Of a DNA stretch of 64,000 bases, positions 54,052 through 64,000 are shown in pieces (the stretch's first letter is position 1; each line of letters starts with the position of its first letter). This DNA comes from the human T2T-CHM13v2.0 reference genome, Homo sapiens, in NCBI RefSeq assembly GCF_009914755.1, contig NC_060938.1; one strand, written 5' to 3'. The notes under the pieces are model-generated. The model was not told the origin of the DNA. It was given only the letters and a program-made list of their open reading frames with translations, and did not search any database. The position numbers and the translations under genes are program-made.

Positions 54052-54713
54052 TAAATTTTTTGTAGAGACAGGGTTTTGCTATGTTGCCTAGTCTGGTCTT
54101 GAACTCTTGGCCTCAAGCTATCCTACCTCAGCCACCCAAAGTGCTGGGATTATAGGTGTGAGCCATTGTACCTGGCCCCCGCACTAGCCCCTTTTTTTTT
54201 TTCAGTCCTTAAAAGGTTTGTATAGATCAGAGATTATCTGTTTCTTTGTAGGTTTGATACTACTTGCCTGAGAAACCATCTAGGTCTAGTATCTTTTAAG
54301 GTATGTGGGGGTGGCAGAATAAGCAATTGTTGTTACTAATTTCTTCATGTAGGCCTTTAAAAATTCCTTAAGTCAATTTTGGCAGTTTTCCTGGTTTTTA
54401 AAAATTATTGTTTTATCTGAATTTTTGTATGTTTCAGCATGAGGTTGCTCCTAGTATTCTCTCAAAATTTTTAAAATCTCTCCTGCAGTTGTGTCCCCTT
54501 CTTCATTATCCCACAGTGGGAGAATCCTGAATATTGGCCTAGGATTATGCCGTGTCAAATCTAAAGTTTCTTTTGGGTTTCTGTGATGTACTAGAATAAC
54601 ATCTATTTAATTTAAATTTCATATTTAAATTTTGTTTATATATTTAAATATGATCTGACAGCCTTACTACATATTAGGGTTGTGGTCCTTTTTTCTTTTT
54701 TTTTTTTTTTTGA

Positions 54714-54872
<159 letters not shown>

Positions 54873-55297
54873 TAGAGACGGGGTTTCACCATCTTGGCCA
54901 GGCTGGTCTTGAACTCCTGACCTCGGGTGATCCATCCACCTCGGCCTCCCAAAATGCTGGGATTACAGGCATGAGCCACCGCGTCCGGCCCCCTTTTTCT
55001 TGATTATAAATGTAAATACATGTTTATTGTTTTAATAATTGGGATACATAAAATATAAAAAAGAAAATGAAAAACAATCATATCACTATTAATATTTTGG
55101 TATGGGTACAATTTTTGCTATTTATATACATCACAGGTACAAATACACTTTTTAAAAAGTTTGAGACCAGGTGTGGTGGCTCACACCTGTAACCCCAGCA
55201 CTTTGGGAGGCCGAGGCGGGTGGATCACCTGAGGTCAGGAGTTCGAGACCAGCCGGACCAACATGGTGAAACCCTGTCTCTACTAAAAATACAAAAA

Positions 55298-55621
<324 letters not shown>

Positions 55622-56038
55622 TCAGGAGGCTGAGGCAGGAGAATTGCTTGAACACAGGAGGCAGAGGTTGCAGTGAGCTAAGATCGTGTCAATGCACTCC
55701 AGCCTGGGCAACAGAGCAAGACTCTCTCAAAAAAAAAAAAAAAAAAAAAAAAACAGTTTGAGATAGTATTGTACATACTGTTTTCTCACATAATATGTTG
55801 TAAGTATTTGCCTGTATCGTTAAATATTTAAATGCGTGTTTATAATGGCTGTATATTAACCTGTGTCCCATGTACTAGATAGTTTTAGCAAATACACCAT
55901 TTTTGAACCTTTGGGCTTTGTGTGTATCTCTGATTCCTTATACTAAATTCTTAGAAGTGCCTTTCATGGAGCAAAGGATGTGTTATGTTTTCAAGGACCA
56001 CCGGGGTGATTAACTGGCACCTTTTCTTCTCTTTGCAG

Positions 56039-56170
56039 CAGCCCACTCACCCAGTGTACAACATTGGACCAGACAAGGTGATCCAGGCCACTACATACTT
56101 TCTACAGAAGCCAGTCCCAGGTTTTGAGGAGCTTAAGGATGAGACATCGGCAGAGCCTGCAACCGACTAG
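56039..56170 (+). CDS. FNTB: FNTB exon 12 coding part (132 bp incl. TAG)
   Basis: ctttgcAG|CAG CCC ACT...ACC GAC TAG; QPTHPVYNIGPDKVIQATTYFLQKPVPGFEELKDETSAEPATD*. Confidence 0.97.
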   Translation, partial: QPTHPVYNIGPDKVIQATTYFLQKPVPGFEELKDETSAEPATD

Positions 56171-57169
56171 AGGACCTGGGTCCCGGCAGCTCTTTGCTCA
56201 CCCATCTCCCCAGTCAGACAAGGTTTATACGTTTCAATACATACTGCATTCTGTGCTACACAAGCCTTAGCCTCAGTGGAGCTGTGGTTCTCTTGGTACT
56301 TTCTTGTCAAACAAAACCAATGGCTCTGGGTTTGGAGAACACAGTGGCTGGTTTTAAAAATTCTTTCCACACCTGTCAAACCAAAAATCTATCAGCCCAC
56401 GTGGTGTGGTTGGTGAACAGTGCATGCCAGGAGGAAGCAGTCCCTCCTCACCAGCTCTCCAGCCAGGACGATCACACAGAGATGAATGGCATCTGAGTAT
56501 TACGGCATCCAGAGCCACTGCTGACTCCCACTTGCACGCCACCATTCAGTCACCAGACTGGGTGCCCTCCGATGGGTGGAATAAGTCTGCTTCATGCCAA
56601 GGCTGGGCTTTGGGTCCCACCAAGATGAGTTCTCTGTAAGACTGTGGTGGAGTTGCACCAGGAGGTGCCTCTGCCTCTCGACTTGCACCCTGGTCATTTG
56701 TAAGGGAAAAGAGCTGGAGGTGGGGAGAGAAAGATCTCCTTCAGTTGGGAGTCCTTCCACTTCAACACTGGAGAACTGAGCCTTGCATCTCTCCAGGGTC
56801 CAAGGCCACGCTTGGTGCACAGGCAAGACTTGCTTCAGCCCCAGGTGTGGTGACTTAGACCTAGGAAACCAATTATGAGTGGAAAGTGACCCTCTAGTTC
56901 AACTGTGCCAGAGGAAACAGCCCTCCAGTGCCCACCTGCCTCACTCCTCCCTATCATGTACCGTGAAAACCCCCTCTGATGGCCTCAAGGCAGTGCCTGC
57001 AGGCCGAGGCCCTTCTGGGGGTTTCTATCTTTCTTCCACCAGACTCCAAGCCCACTCTCCTCCAAGACTGTGTTGTCTTTTCTCACCAAGAGTATTAACA
57101 CTACTAAGTCTTTCACCTTAACTTATGACTCAGGATTTATTCACGTCCTGCCCACTCTAGGCTCACAGG

Positions 57170-57175
57170 AATAAA
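57170..57175 (+). terminator. Proximal poly(A) signal candidate (AATAAA)
   Basis: caggAATAAAatc inside the 3'UTR. Confidence 0.45.
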
Positions 57176-57488
57176 ATCAAGTGCTAGACACACTGGCTGC
57201 TACTAAGGCACTAGCCTCTGTAGCTGGTGGTGGCAGCGTGGGGTGCCGCCCAGCGTGCTGGGTCCTGGCAGTGCCTCTGCTGTGCTGCACATTGAGCCCT
57301 TTCTCAGTCAGTGGAGTATCAAGTTGGGCCATCTGTCTACTGACCTGGCCTTCATGTAAGCAGCTGTGGGCTGCGGGCAGACAGGAGCTCAGAGATGCAG
57401 CATGAGGCGCTTAGAAAAACCTGGCCATTTGCTGCCTCTAATTCCCTTTTGCTTTGCCATATTGGGCTATGTATTACCTCCTTGAAAT

Positions 57489-57494
57489 AATAAA
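57489..57494 (+). terminator. Main FNTB poly(A) signal (AATAAA)
   Basis: gaaatAATAAAagaat, with an upstream TGTA and downstream tatgatgtctcttatttgtg U/GU-rich element. Confidence 0.8.
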
Positions 57495-58300
57495 AGAATA
57501 ACATTTTCTATGATGTCTCTTATTTGTGATCTGTACCAAGAAAATGCCCAATGGTAGGAGCTACTAAAGGTTGCTCAGGGATCGTCAGTCTCCTGTGTGC
57601 AGGATTCCAGACTGTTCACATCGGTGGTGACAGAGGAATGACCGAGTTCCATCCTCACATGCCGTCTCCTCCAGTAGAGGAAGCCGTGGGCCTAACAGAG
57701 AGTGGGAAGAGATGTTTTCCAAGCTCCCTGGGGTAATTCGGTATGCTATGTCCCAGCCCTCCACACACTGCACTTCATGGTCTGTCTCCGACAGACAGCA
57801 AGGACTGGGCCTAGTAGCCCCAGAGCAGGCTGACTTAGCAAGGGTGGGTGGATGTCTGGCCAGAGGCAGGGGCTGTCACAGGGACAGGCTGGAACTCTGT
57901 GGCCACTTGGCTTTCCCTTCCTCTGGCGAGAGACCCTCTCCCATGGGAGGCCAAGAACATGGATGTCCTGTGGCCTGACCCTCTTGGAGGGGAGAGAAGA
58001 TGGTGTCCTTAGAGGGCACCCAAATCCATGTAAATAAGCCAAATGCACATCCAGGAATGTAATTCCTGCCCCCTGTGCTATTTTTGCCCTGTTAACAAAG
58101 GTTTGCACTGCAAGGCAACATATTGAAATGCATCCTTTCCATCACTATAACAAAAGGCAAAATCCTCTCAGCACTCGGAGCCTCAAGGTATTGTGAGATT
58201 AATTGCAGTAATAATTAATGTGGTTAATAGAAGGGATTGCTTCAGTCTGAACTGGCTTTTTACCAAGAAGGAGGGATCTGAGTTGGGCCCCAAAGGGTAG

Positions 58301-63530
<5,230 letters not shown>

Positions 63531-64000
63531 GTTTAACAGACCCCACACTTTCTTACTTTCAATAATAGTGCATTTTTATCATCCCTTTTCTTTCAACGAG
63601 TACTGCATGTTGATAATTGTTCACACTATGTAATGGGTACATTTGGGTTCAGTATACTATTCTCTCAACCCTTGATCACACAGTCTTTCCATAAGTATTG
63701 CATGTTGGTTACCCCGAGTGTGAGACTTCATTGCTACCTTCTGTACCCATGATGGCCTGGGCTGATGGGACAAAGGAGGCAAGGGGAGGCTGGGCCCTCA
63801 GCTACCAGACCAGGGCAGGGTTCAATGTCACAGCTCTGTCAAGGGAGAAGGGCTGCAAGGGTGCTGCTCCCAGGTGTGCTGAACAGAGAGGTAGCCAGGT
63901 AAGGCAGATGCCGATGGTGATGACGTAAGTGCTAGGTGTCCATGCTCCTTGCGAGGCTCCATCCCCCCAGCCCCTCTCCTCACTCTCTGGAGCAGTGGCT

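Larger units (their letters stand above)
56171..57511 (+). other. FNTB: FNTB 3'UTR (approximate end)
   Basis: Alu-free sequence from the stop codon to ~17 nt past AATAAA at 57489, followed by a U/GU-rich stretch. Confidence 0.8.

Noticed and set aside
56194-57405. Several 60-108-aa ORFs in the FNTB 3'UTR
   Set aside because: Mostly non-ATG starts and no recognisable homology; expected by chance.

Overview
Human genomic DNA, recognisable as the FNTB/MAX overlap region (14q23.3). The + strand carries FNTB coding exons 3-12 (farnesyltransferase beta subunit, residues 70-437), its 3'UTR and poly(A) signals; all exons have canonical AG/GT boundaries and splice in frame. The - strand carries the distal alternative last exon of MAX (GTKMKLTLPPVFPYEHLPFPTVFCHG*) at 1068-1148, so FNTB exons 3-12 sit antisense inside a long MAX intron. 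The MIR4706 hairpin lies in FNTB intron 9. The rest is Alu-dense intron, including a human-specific AluYb8 and an AluYa5, with older L1/L2/MIR/MER/MaLR fossils. Nearly all ORFs in the supplied track are Alu or repeat artefacts. The most unusual observations are: (1) a 36-bp TG...CA element built only from the HERV-K(HML-2) LTR5_Hs U5 tip and flanked by a 5-bp duplication; (2) two clear and one possible locally templated insertion scars; (3) a ~50-nt non-Alu retroposed RNA with tail and TSD; (4) a NAGNAG acceptor that would delete substrate-binding Arg202; (5) a genomic A17 tract just after the MAX distal stop codon. Gene, miRNA and repeat identities come from recall and manual reading, not database searches; repeat boundaries are approximate.
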